This document shows positions 10,201 to 19,560 of a stretch of 20,000 nt of DNA, piece after piece. Origin of the DNA: Craspedostauros australis (taxonomy: Eukaryota); the NCBI GenBank assembly GCA_030167865.1, contig JALAGF010004359.1, forward strand, positions 51,404 to 71,403, written 5' to 3'. The first letter of the stretch is position 1; each line of letters begins with the position of its first letter. The notes beneath the pieces are model-generated. The model was given only the letters and a program-made list of their open reading frames with translations, did not search any database and was not told the DNA's origin. The position numbers and the translations under genes were made by a program.

Positions 10201-10716
10201 TTACGCTGATCGGGCTCGGAAAGACTTCTGCTTCGGCATGATCTTCCTTCCCGCTGACACGACGCCGCTGATGATGTCCTTCGGGAGCTTGCCCGTGTTC
10301 TTGAGGAGCAGTCCGAGGCGTTCCCAGCCGTCGGCCTTGGTCAGGCTCTCGGCGCGGGACTTCTTGATGGCCTCGACCTCCATGACGGCGTTGGCAATGT
10401 CAGTCAGGGAGTACCCGGCTTGCAGGACGATGCGTCCGCGCTTCTCGGTGGACATTTGCAGCTTCTTGCCTCGGCGGCGCTTGCTGCCACCGTCGTTGTT
10501 GCGGATGTACTCGTACAGCTCCATGGATTGCGTGACGGTGTCGACTGCCTCCCAGTCCATCTGGATTGGCGCGCCCTCGGAGACGGCAGGGTTGTCACCG
10601 AGGATCATGGGGTACGTGACGATGGTAATGTCACCGAAGTGCACGCGCTTCTGAGCACTGCTGCCGCTGCTGATGCTGCTGCTTCTTCTTGTCGATGTGG
10701 AGGATGGAGTGGACAT
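10201..10716 (-). CDS. Uncharacterised 171-aa protein with RVxF and LGDNPAV motifs, of a type common among diatom hypothetical proteins
   Basis: Single ORF with GC3-rich codons and a C/A-rich leader upstream. Core KRVHFGDITIVTYPMILGDNPAVSEGAPIQMDWE...MELYEYIR...MSTEKRGRIVLQAGYSLTDI...IKKSRAES resembles a pattern I recall from diatom hypothetical proteins (recalled, not searched). Confidence 0.85.
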   Translation of the reverse strand: MSTPSSTSTRRSSSISSGSSAQKRVHFGDITIVTYPMILGDNPAVSEGAPIQMDWEAVDTVTQSMELYEYIRNNDGGSKRRRGKKLQMSTEKRGRIVLQAGYSLTDIANAVMEVEAIKKSRAESLTKADGWERLGLLLKNTGKLPKDIISGVVSAGRKIMPKQKSFRARSA

Positions 10717-10737
10717 GATTGATGTGCGATGAATGGA

Positions 10738-10754
10738 TTGGTTGGTTGGTTGGT
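10738..10754. repeat. Short (TTGG)n microsatellite in the 5' leader of the 171-aa gene
   Basis: ttggttggttggttggt seen directly. Confidence 0.6.
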
Positions 10755-12010
10755 TTGATGTTGCGGTTGGGATTGGATTATGTGATCGATGTGTGGGATT
10801 GAAGCAGACGATGTCTTCGGGTCTCCCTGTTTGTGCGTTGCTGTTTGTGGGCGGTTGCAGGCCCGTAACCGTTTGTGTGCACTGCTGCAGTTTTTAACTG
10901 GTGTTGTTGCAGTTGCAAATGGTGTTCGACATCGTTCGTGGTGACAAGTATCAAAATCATCGGCTTGCGCTTCTTCTGGCGCGATAGGTCTCCACTGCGC
11001 AGTCTTGCCACGCCAGACCCACAATGACTTCGTTTTGCTTCGTTACCCTTTCTCGCTGTGCCCATGTTCTCTCCCTTGAGGAGAACGCGCCACCTCGGCG
11101 AATGAAGACGCACTGCGGCAGGCGGAAGCTGCGCAAGCAAACACGAAGAAGGTCTTTGATAACTTTCCAACCAAACGCACACTTCGTTGGGCCTGGGTCA
11201 TTCCGCATACCGATCGCGGGATCGCTGTGCCACTCGCATTCCTGTTACGCCCCAAGTGAGTCGCGTTGCTCTGCGAAACTCCGCAGCCACAGAGAAACAC
11301 TCCGACGAGGTTTCTCCATGCCCAGAAACTTGCATGCCGAAGACCAAAATCACTCCCAACGACACATCACGCCCAACGATATTTCTCCGCAGAATCCAAA
11401 CACAACCATTCACCGATTTCGATGATCATCCTTTCCCCTGTGTTGAGTTTTCGGAAGGCCTATGGAAGTACATGTGGTGAGTCCTGTACTTGCGTCACAA
11501 GCGTGATTCGAAACAGTATCACAAACAAAGAAGTTCGCTGAAACTCATCTTTCTTCCGTGTCATGTTCGCGCCCTGTGTGCCTCGCCCAGAGCAACACAA
11601 CACATGCGTCAACGGAGCACAGCAAAGATCCACCAGCCACCATTCTGACATCCACGTGAAGATCCCACATCAACCTGTGCTCTCACTCGTGCGCATGGTG
11701 GGTGCGCATCAGAAAGCGATACTGCGGAGTAGAATACGCGCTCTCCAGTGCAACGCAACGCACCCGACCATCTGTGCACACCAACTCGACTTTCTGTTGG
11801 AAACTCCAGCGTGCAACAGGCGTGAAAGACTTTGGTTGGGGTGTGCTTCCTTCCATCCATCGCTGCCGACGATCTTGGTGATTGGATTGCTATTCCATTC
11901 AAAGAACGCTGGGACTCTGCAACATTCCGGAGTGCACGATACAATCAGCACAGCATCGCACTCTCCTCTGAATTTTGATACTGCAGTGCAGCAGAGGCAG
12001 CAGGAGGGCA

Positions 12011-13396
12011 ATGAGAGTCCTGTTGACGGGGGCGTCGGGGTACTTGGGACAGCACCTGCTGCACTCCTTGATTGTTTATCCCATCCACACATTGGATGGA
12101 ACAGAGACAGCCACTATCGTAGACAACGGCGATGGTACCGACGAGGCAACGACGACGCAACCCATGCACGTAACTGCACTGATTGGACGCGCTGCCAATT
12201 TGGATGCATTTCGCGGGGTCGTTGACGAGTTGCTCTCGGCTGCCGCGCAGCCGAAATGTCCGCAGGTCATCGTGCAGTCGCTGGACATCACAGACGCCGC
12301 TGCAATTGATGACTGGAAAAAGCCAGGAACGATGACGGCAGGATCAGAAATGGAGACGGAAACGGAGCAACCCGCGAGGTTTGAGGTGTGCATACATGCT
12401 GCTGCGATGTCCAGCCCACGCGCATGCCAATCCAATCCAGAACAGGCAGCCGCCATCAACGTCCCCACATACTTCTTGGACACTCTCATGAAGGACGGCA
12501 CTCACATCATAGCGCTGTCCACCGATCAGGTCTTTGATGGAAAGCCGATGAAGCCGTTGACATCATCGTCGTCATCAAGTGAGGGAAACTTTTACAAGGA
12601 TCCCAATCATTCGGTGTCGGCATCGTCGGCATCTTCAACAGCATCACAGATGACACTCAATGATCCGAAACCAATCAATCTGTACGGTCAGCTGAAACGA
12701 CGCATGGAGAAGCATTTGATGTGGCGATATGAGCAACCATCGTCCCATGTGCCTGGTGTCACAATCTTGCGAAGCAGCATCATCCTGGGACCTGCTGCGC
12801 CAATTCTACCAGCCATTGCACATGCCACGTTCCTGCAATTCATCGCATCAAGGTTCGGTCAGCCAACAACCTACTTCACAAATGAACATCGCAACGTCAT
12901 TTCGATTGTTGACGTTGTTGCCATCCTGCGTCGGTTGGCTACGATGGTTGGCGGGAGGAGCAGAGGCAGCAACAGCGCGAACGATGGCAACAGCAATGGC
13001 AGTGGCAATGAGAATGGCAATGGCAATGGCAATGAAAACAACGGCGAAAAGGCCATTGGAATCTACCACATGGGCGGACCAGTTCGGATCAACCGTCGCG
13101 ACCTTGCCAAGCTGGTGTATGAGTACCACGCACAAGCCCACAATGCGACACCCGAAGATTGCAACATCAAGCCAGGCGATCATCAGTTTATCCAGGAAGC
13201 ACTCCAAGAATCTGAAACGAGTCCGTTGGACATCAGCATGGATAGCACACCCTTGGCAAAGCTGGTTTCGATGAGACATTTGGAAACCATCATTCCAGCA
13301 ATGAATGGAGATGGTGGAAAGGGAGTTGACGTACGAGTACAAGACTTGACCTACCTTCGCAAGCTGGTTGCACACACATTTCCCGTTAATGCTTGA
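12011..13396 (+). CDS. Extended SDR of the RmlD substrate-binding family (dTDP-4-dehydrorhamnose reductase-like / MAT2B-like), 461 aa
   Basis: The first ATG is at 12011; the track start at 11975 is not ATG. Motifs: MRVLLTGASGYLGQHL (GxxGxxG), CIHAAAMSSPRAC, AINVP, ALSTDQVFDG, PINLYGQLK (YxxxK), ILRSSIILG, FTNEHRNVISIVDV, GIYHMGGP and SPLDISMD. Confidence 0.87.
   Translation: MRVLLTGASGYLGQHLLHSLIVYPIHTLDGTETATIVDNGDGTDEATTTQPMHVTALIGRAANLDAFRGVVDELLSAAAQPKCPQVIVQSLDITDAAAIDDWKKPGTMTAGSEMETETEQPARFEVCIHAAAMSSPRACQSNPEQAAAINVPTYFLDTLMKDGTHIIALSTDQVFDGKPMKPLTSSSSSSEGNFYKDPNHSVSASSASSTASQMTLNDPKPINLYGQLKRRMEKHLMWRYEQPSSHVPGVTILRSSIILGPAAPILPAIAHATFLQFIASRFGQPTTYFTNEHRNVISIVDVVAILRRLATMVGGRSRGSNSANDGNSNGSGNENGNGNGNENNGEKAIGIYHMGGPVRINRRDLAKLVYEYHAQAHNATPEDCNIKPGDHQFIQEALQESETSPLDISMDSTPLAKLVSMRHLETIIPAMNGDGGKGVDVRVQDLTYLRKLVAHTFPVNA
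12983..13045 (+). repeat. Imperfect (GGCAAT)n coding hexamer repeat encoding a Gly-Asn tract
   Basis: gatggcaacagcaatggcagtggcaatgagaatggcaatggcaatggcaatgaaaacaacggc = DGNSNGSGNENGNGNGNENNG. Confidence 0.75.
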
Positions 13397-13430
13397 GTGA
13401 CGAAATGAAGACCGAAACAGGGCACGGTTG

Positions 13431-13450
13431 CTCTACTCTACTCTACTCTA
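13431..13450. repeat. (CTCTA)4 pentanucleotide microsatellite just 3' of the SDR stop codon
   Basis: ctctactctactctactcta seen directly. Confidence 0.8.
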
Positions 13451-13901
13451 CGCTGCACAGTGTGCCACAGTAGCATTAGAGTGCTAATGCGGTGGAGCAC
13501 TCGTGTGCTGAGCATATGCTCACTCACTAGCGCACTGCCGAGAGAGACCACGCTGCGACAACAACACAAACATGAACAGTAGAGCAGACAACACGTCACC
13601 ACCTTCGCGCTAGGTCGACGAGGATACCTGGTATAATAGTTATAAGTTGGCATGTCGGTGATTCTTTATCGTCATACTCTATCGTAGTATACATCGGAGA
13701 GTGTAAGTATCAAACTCCACTCGTACTTCCTCAAAGGAGAGGAACGGCCCAAGGACAGCAACAGCGTCAGCTTTCAACGTGTTACCAAACACACATGCGA
13801 GTACTCATGCCATGAGGTACATTATGCTTCAAAGCATGCTGGTGTTTCTCGAACGATGGTGTGTTTCCTTGTGTGCGTGCATCTTGCTTTTTGGACTGGC
13901 T

Positions 13902-15973
13902 TTACACCTCGGTCAAGGCGGCAACTCCTGGGAGCTCCTTGCCCTCCAACAGCTCGAGGCTGGCACCGCCTCCGGTGGAGATGTGCGAGACCTTGTCTCC
14001 CAATCCAGCCTGGTTGATGGCGGCGACGGAGTCTCCACCACCCACGATGGTGACAGCTCCTCTCGTCTCGGTGGCGGTGGCCAGCATCTCCGCGATAGTG
14101 TTGGTTCCGGCGGCGAAGTTGGACATCTCGAACACGCCCATTGGTCCGTTCCACACGATGGTGTTGGCCTCGTCAATCTCCTTTCCGAACATCTCGATGG
14201 TGTCTGGTCCAATGTCCAATCCTCTCCAGTCGCCGGAGATGTCAGTGACCTTGGCGATGGCAGTGTTGGCGCTGTTGTCGAAGGAATCTGCCAGGACGAC
14301 GTCGGTTGGGAGGATCAGCTTGACTCCTTTCTCCTCCGCCTTTTTCATGAGGGTATCGGCGAGTTCGACCATTTCCTCCTCGACCAAACTGGCGCCGATA
14401 TCGTACCCCATGGCCTTGTAGAAGGTGAAGATCATACCGCCACCGATGAGGATGGTGTCGCACTTCTCCAGCAGGCTCTCGATAACCGGGATCTTGGTGG
14501 AAACTTTGGCTCCTCCAACGATGGCCATCATTGGGCGGTTTGGCTCATCCACGGCACCCTGCAGGTACTTGAGCTCCTTCTCCATGAGGTAACCGGCAGC
14601 GTTGAGCTCCATGTGCTTGGTGACACCGGCTGTGCTGGAGTGGGCGCGGTGGGCGGTACCGAAGGCATCCATGACGAAGTAATCGGCGAGCTTTCCGAGT
14701 CCGGCAGCCAGTTCCTCGTCATTCTTAGTCTCTCCGTTGTAGAAGCGGGTGTTCTCAAGGAGCATGACCTCGCCGCTGGTCAACGAGGATGCGGCAGCTT
14801 CGACATCACTTCCGATGGTGTCATCGACCTTGGTGACGTCAACTCCCAACAACTCCTTGAGTGGGTTGACGACTGGGTTGAGACGTCCGTTCTTTCCGGT
14901 CTCAATGATCTCTCCCTTGGGACGTCCGAAGTGGCTGCAAAGAATGACGTTGGCGCCCTTGTCCAGAAGGAACTTGGTGGTTGGCACGATGGCACGCAGG
15001 CGCGTGTCATCAGTGACGGTGACATCGTCCTGCGATTCATCAAAGGCGTGTTTGTGAATGTACGAACGTCGAAATATCCAGTGTGGTGATGATCGCCGTT
15101 GCCAGCATGGTTGTCAATGTGATTGCCATCAGCAGTGTCGGTATCGTTGTCGTCGTCGTCATTGTTGCCATCCAATCCAATCCAATCCAATCCAATCCAA
15201 TCCGATTGCATTGCATTGCATTGCATTGCATTGCATTGCATTGCACCGCATAGCACACCGTTGGAGATTTCAATGCCGCCATTTCAGCCAATCGAAGTTG
15301 GAGTTTTTGCAAGGCAGAAGAGACGATGTTGGCAGGGGGATGACCGCCGACGTGATTCATGCATATCAGGAGGTACAGCAGAGAAAAGGAAAGATGCGTG
15401 AGAGCAGAGATCGATCATGCTGCCACAGGAGTTTGCCAACTTGTATCTGCGTAGTTTTATCACCATTGTCGTTGGTCGAGCCACAAAGATTGCTTCAATC
15501 ATCTTGTTGCGTCCTTGCAGCGTTTTGACGACTTTATCAGTTGTGTCGTGATGACCACGTATGCACATCATGCCGTCTCGAGAGATGGTCGTGGCTTCCT
15601 GAGTTGGTTGCATGCCGAAGAGGCAGCCAATAATCGATTATCGCTTGCAACGCCAACGTAAATCAGACCCCAAACCCAATGGCGCCATACATTGAGAGTC
15701 AAACCTGGTAGCCACGGAAGCAGAGCACCAAACACCGACGCATCCATACCGGGACGTTGGCATTCTGTCATGTGTACAATAACGCACCTTGGCAAGTGGG
15801 ACGTTCAAGTCGACGCGGACGAGGACGTTCTTTCCGCTGAGGTCGACCTGGCTGGCCAAACCCTCGACGTTGAGCTTTGCGAGGGCTGCTGGGGATGCAT
15901 GGAATGCTCTCTGGTTGGCAGCGACGCGGGATGCGACGCGGAGGCACTTGGTGACGGTGGAAGAGGGGAACAT
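13902..15973 (-). CDS. PGK: Phosphoglycerate kinase with predicted mitochondrial presequence; exons 15973..15788 and 15029..13902, 437 aa
   Basis: Exon 1 ends [16 protein letters not shown], followed by donor GTGCGT at 15787. Acceptor CGCAG at 15030 resumes in frame with [22 protein letters not shown]. Later motifs: [66 protein letters not shown] and [19 protein letters not shown]. Confidence 0.96.
15030..15787 (-). other. Spliceosomal GT-AG intron (758 nt, phase 0) of PGK
   Basis: AAG|GTGCGT donor and CGCAG|GAC acceptor. The PGK motifs RVDLNVP and DDTR are at their normal spacing only after removal. Confidence 0.88.
15171..15255. repeat. Compound pentanucleotide microsatellite (TCCAA)6-TCCGA-(TTGCA)8-CCGCA-TAGCA inside the PGK intron
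   Basis: Counted directly: TCCAA x6 at 15171-15200, TCCGA at 15201-15205 and TTGCA x8 at 15206-15245. Confidence 0.95.
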
Positions 15974-16720
15974 CTTGGCTTGGTTGCTTGTTTTGTGTTT
16001 GCGCTGGTGACGATACTTGGGTTGTGGTTTGCGTTGGGTCGCCTTGTCGTGTTTGGTTTGTGTTTCTGCTCGTCATGCCAATCTTCAGGCACCAGCGGAA
16101 AAGATTCCGAGTCGGTGGACAGAGAAAGGCGTTCCTGCGGAGATCATCGCTGGTGATGGGTGAGAGAAATGACGACGCCAAGCTGCGTTCTCGTGTTGGC
16201 GATGTGTTGTTTGTGTGGTCGGGAGAACACGATGAGGACCCTGTTTGGCAACAGATGTGCGTTGTTGGGGTTGGCGAAGTTGATGACGTGTCGACATTGC
16301 CGTTGGTTCCAAAGTGTTGTTGTCCAAAAGTCTACACATATCAGATCTAGAGATACATACACAGAGAGAGCTGCACTTCCATGCTCAACGAACATTTTCA
16401 AACGAGATCTTCTTCTCTCATCCAATTAGCTCGTACGCTATCAATGTCGATGTGGACAGGAAGTATTGTAATGCTAGCGCAGGGGTACAAATAATGTTAA
16501 AGTAAAGTAGAGGAGAGTACATAATATTCGACAAGTGTTGTGCCACTGCTCAAATACTGCGACAACAGGCTGATGGAAAATCCTCCAGAGCACTCGTGCG
16601 AGCACGAGGATTCCAACTCTGCCGTCATGGTCGCTGCCAGAGCACCATACCCATCATACATACTAGTATGAGCAAAACAATGATTCACGGCTGATGCTGC
16701 ATCTCTTGTCTCCGGAGAGA

Positions 16721-18664
16721 TTACCGCAGTGACTGTGCCGTGCCCTGAGCCATCAACGGAGATGACAAAATCTGTCTCGCTGCTCGCACACCAGTTTCGA
16801 TGGCAGCTTGCACCGTGCAGCACGCATTTGTGTTGGTCGCTTCGCCTGCAAAAAACAATCGGTCGTTCAATGGGGCGGCCAATGTCTTGAGATGATCGGG
16901 CATCATGCCCGTCTTGGGGAACATGTAGCCACCGCCGATGTAGGGCGAATCCTCGACCCAGTCATGCACCAACGTGGACACGTGGTGGGATCTCATGACG
17001 TCTTCCGGCACGTTCAGCACCTTTGCAAGCTGTCTGATCTGAATGTCCGCCGCGATTGTCTCGCGCTGCTTCCGCCGTCGCTGCTCGCAAGCTCCATCCA
17101 TTGGCACCGACTTGAAAGCTTTCGCCATTTCATCGGCCGCGTCTGACACCAGAAATCCAGTAGCAAGGAAGGTTTTGGCGGTGGTTGGCCAAGTGGGTGG
17201 ATCGCGAATGACAACGTCGCGGAACCAAATCTCGGGGACCGGCTCATCGGCGCTGATCACGCTCTGCAGCTTCTCGGGCCACAGCCGGTGCGAGAATCGC
17301 GTCACGATCTTCATCGCTCGATTGAAGCCGACGAGTTTCATCGCGTCCCTCTTCTCCTTTGGGATGTCCATCTTGATTCGATTCCACTGGGGCGGTGGCA
17401 CTGTCAGGACGACTGCATCTGCGCTGATCGCATCGTTTTCATTCGCAGATGAACCAATGGTGAAATGACCACGGCATGACATATGTGCCGGCAGCGACTT
17501 CGAGACCTGCTGATTATTCTCCGTAATACTCGCCACTGGCCACTCCAAGTGGCATGTGACGTGATCATCGCCAAGCACCCTCCTCGAACATTCCTCGATC
17601 ACGATCTGCATGCCGACAGCGCCAGGCAACCTGTGATCTCCCTCCAGCTCAGCCTCCTCCCAATGCTGCTCGAACGCGATCAATGTATTGATGGATATAC
17701 GCCGCAAGTCGCTGCTGCCGGCCGTGTTGCCGAAACTGGCAACCGCCAGCTTCTCCATGTCCTCGGACAACGAGTCTCGTTTCTGCCGTTCCCGATCCTC
17801 CTCGATGGCGTCCGCCACCGACATGGTGCGCGTGCAGTCGGGCTTCGTGCGCTCCAGCATCCCCTCCAAGGCCTCGTTGAGCTCCTCCAGCCGAGGGTCG
17901 TTATACATGACCAGCTTGCCACCGACGTAGTACATTCCGTACTTCCCATCCCTGGTTGGCTCGGAATCTGGTCGGCCTGTTTGTCGTCGTGATGTTGTTG
18001 TTGATATCGATGTCAATGATTGTTGTGACGATGATGAAACGATGATGGGGAATGGCAGAATTGGTTGGAGGTGTTATTAAGCGTGCCGTTGGGTGGAGCG
18101 GGGGTGGGATCACCGAAGAAAAGAACAGGTCAAGCACCAATGCAATCACACCAACGCACGTGCACGTGCAAGGTATTCTATAATAATAATAATATTAGTA
18201 CGTGGGTACCATACAAATGTGTCATTCGCAGCATCACCTGTGCTGACGCTCCAAGCCTGCAGAACGATTCAAGATCACGTACCACCACCATCGGAATGTG
18301 CCAGAGTGAACACCTCCTCCCATGCCTCCTGGTCGCCCCAATTCAGGCGCCTCGCAAGACTGCCTCCGTCTCGTTCATCCGCTGCCCCGATGCCCATCTC
18401 ATCGTCTCGACCAAACTGTTGGATCCAATCCGTCAGCAAGGTCTCCTGTCCATGAACGAATTCAGCACCCAGATCGACCACATGGCCAGGAATGAAGGAC
18501 TTGTCAGCCTTTATCCTGCCACCAATGCAGTCCGAGGCTTCCAGCAGCTTGATATCCAAGCACCCGTTGCCTTCTTCCAGCAATGTCTTGGCACATGCCA
18601 ATCCTGAGACTCCCGCGCCAACGATCACCACAGAGGGTTTGGCAACATCGGCGATCACTGTCAT
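16721..18664 (-). CDS. Flavin-containing amine oxidase (polyamine oxidase / LSD1-like catalytic fold, no SWIRM domain); exons 18664..18283 and 17976..16721, ~545 aa
   Basis: First ATG at 18664; the track start at 18706 is TTG. FAD motifs VVIVGAGVSGLACA, LLEASDCIGGRI and VDLGAEFVHG in exon 1. ADAVVLTVP, GFNRAMKIVTRF, HDWVEDSPYIGGGY and RLFFAGEATNTNACCTVQAAIETGVRAARQI in exon 2. Donor G|GTACGT at 18282 and acceptor AACAG|GC at 17977 are both phase 1. Confidence 0.9.
17977..18282 (-). other. Spliceosomal GT-AG intron (306 nt, phase 1) of the amine oxidase; alternative in-frame acceptor 9 nt downstream
   Basis: GTACGT donor followed by an in-frame TGA (18277-18275); AACAG acceptor; a second CCAG acceptor gives the same frame. 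Contains a short (TAA)n run at ~18178-18193. Confidence 0.78.
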
Positions 18665-18710
18665 GGTTGATGCTTCGAAGTGCGATGGAGTATGAAGAGG
18701 GTACAAATGG

Positions 18711-18815
18711 ATTGATTGTATTGTACGTAGTGTACTGTGTTGTATGGTAGTGTATGGTAGTATATTGTATTATATTCTAATATAATAGTATATTGTAGTG
18801 TAGTGTGCTGTGTTG
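18711..18815. repeat. Degenerate 5-nt-periodic AT-rich tract (TATTG/TAGTG/TATGG/TAGTA/TATTA) upstream of the amine oxidase start
   Basis: tgtattgtacgtagtgtactgtgttgtatggtagtgtatggtagtatattgtattatattctaatataatagtatattgtagtgtagtgtgctgtgttg seen directly. Confidence 0.65.
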
Positions 18816-19489
18816 TAACATGTGGTCTTCGGGAGCGATGCTCTTGTGCTCACTCATTCATCGAAGCACGAGCATTCGGGTTGTCCTCCGATTCTCCGTT
18901 GAGTTCAGGTGATCGTTGGTGGCAGGAAACGATTGGTGGACACAAGAACTTCGTCCACGATCCAATGACACATCCACGATTCTGTCATGGACGAGGGTAT
19001 TCGCGTGTTGGTGTATTTCATCCGATTTCATTTTCGCAATCTCGACTGACGTTACCTCACTGTCTACACTGTGTGAATACGCTACATGCGCGATACGTGC
19101 ACTATACGCTATGCGTATACACTTGCGCTCCATTGGCTTTGGCCCACAATCGCAACTCTTCATTCACTACATATCCAGATGGAGGGTTTGCTCGTAGAGT
19201 CCAACCAGAGGACTCTACAGGTGTTGGATGGAGCAGAGCAGCCCACCGCGAGCTACTCCATACTACACAACCTACTCGTTCTCTGCTCTGCGATAGTTGA
19301 ACAGTATCGCATGTTGCCAGAGTCTCCTTTCACTGCATGCCGATGCAAGAGGCACTCCTGACATGCTCTTGTGCTGTGCATGACGGGTACTCGCTGCTGG
19401 TACAAATACATGTGTCGACTGACCTTGGTGCCAACTTGGTGCAAGTATCATATCCATGGTGAGTTTTGTTTCACGGTGTTCTTAGTGGA

Positions 19490-19560
19490 GGTGCTTTTGA
19501 AAGCACTTTTGGCCCTCTCTGACCCCCCGAAGTGCTTTGAAAAGCACCAGGTGCTTTTAA
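19490..19560. repeat. 19-bp inverted repeat (18/19 match) whose arms are themselves palindromic, plus an additional half-site
   Basis: Arm 1 GGTGCTTTTGAAAGCACTT (19490-19508) and arm 2 AAGTGCTTTGAAAAGCACC (19530-19548), separated by 21 nt; further GGTGCTTTT at 19550-19558. Confidence 0.85.

Noticed and set aside
11292..11316. Small hairpin GAGAAAC-A-CTC-CGAC-GAG-GTTTCTC in the divergent intergenic region
   Set aside because: A single 10-bp bulged stem is within chance expectation for 20 kb, and intrinsic terminators do not apply to a nuclear genome.
13779..15089. 436-aa plus-strand ORF overlapping PGK
   Set aside because: Antisense shadow of strongly codon-biased PGK exon 2; no recognisable motifs.
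15171..15255. CRISPR-like or telomeric array
   Set aside because: Contiguous 5-mers without spacers, not TTAGGG-type, and located inside an intron.
15030..15787. Box C/D snoRNA within the PGK intron
   Set aside because: The only sense-strand TGATGA I found abuts the acceptor, and the CTGA boxes are not suitably spaced from a C box; no terminal stem seen.
5099..18664. Functional gene cluster (Pi transporter, MAT2B-like protein, PGK, amine oxidase) for phosphate or polyamine metabolism
   Set aside because: Mixed orientations, no shared motif seen, and eukaryotic neighbours are usually unrelated; synteny or co-expression data would be needed.
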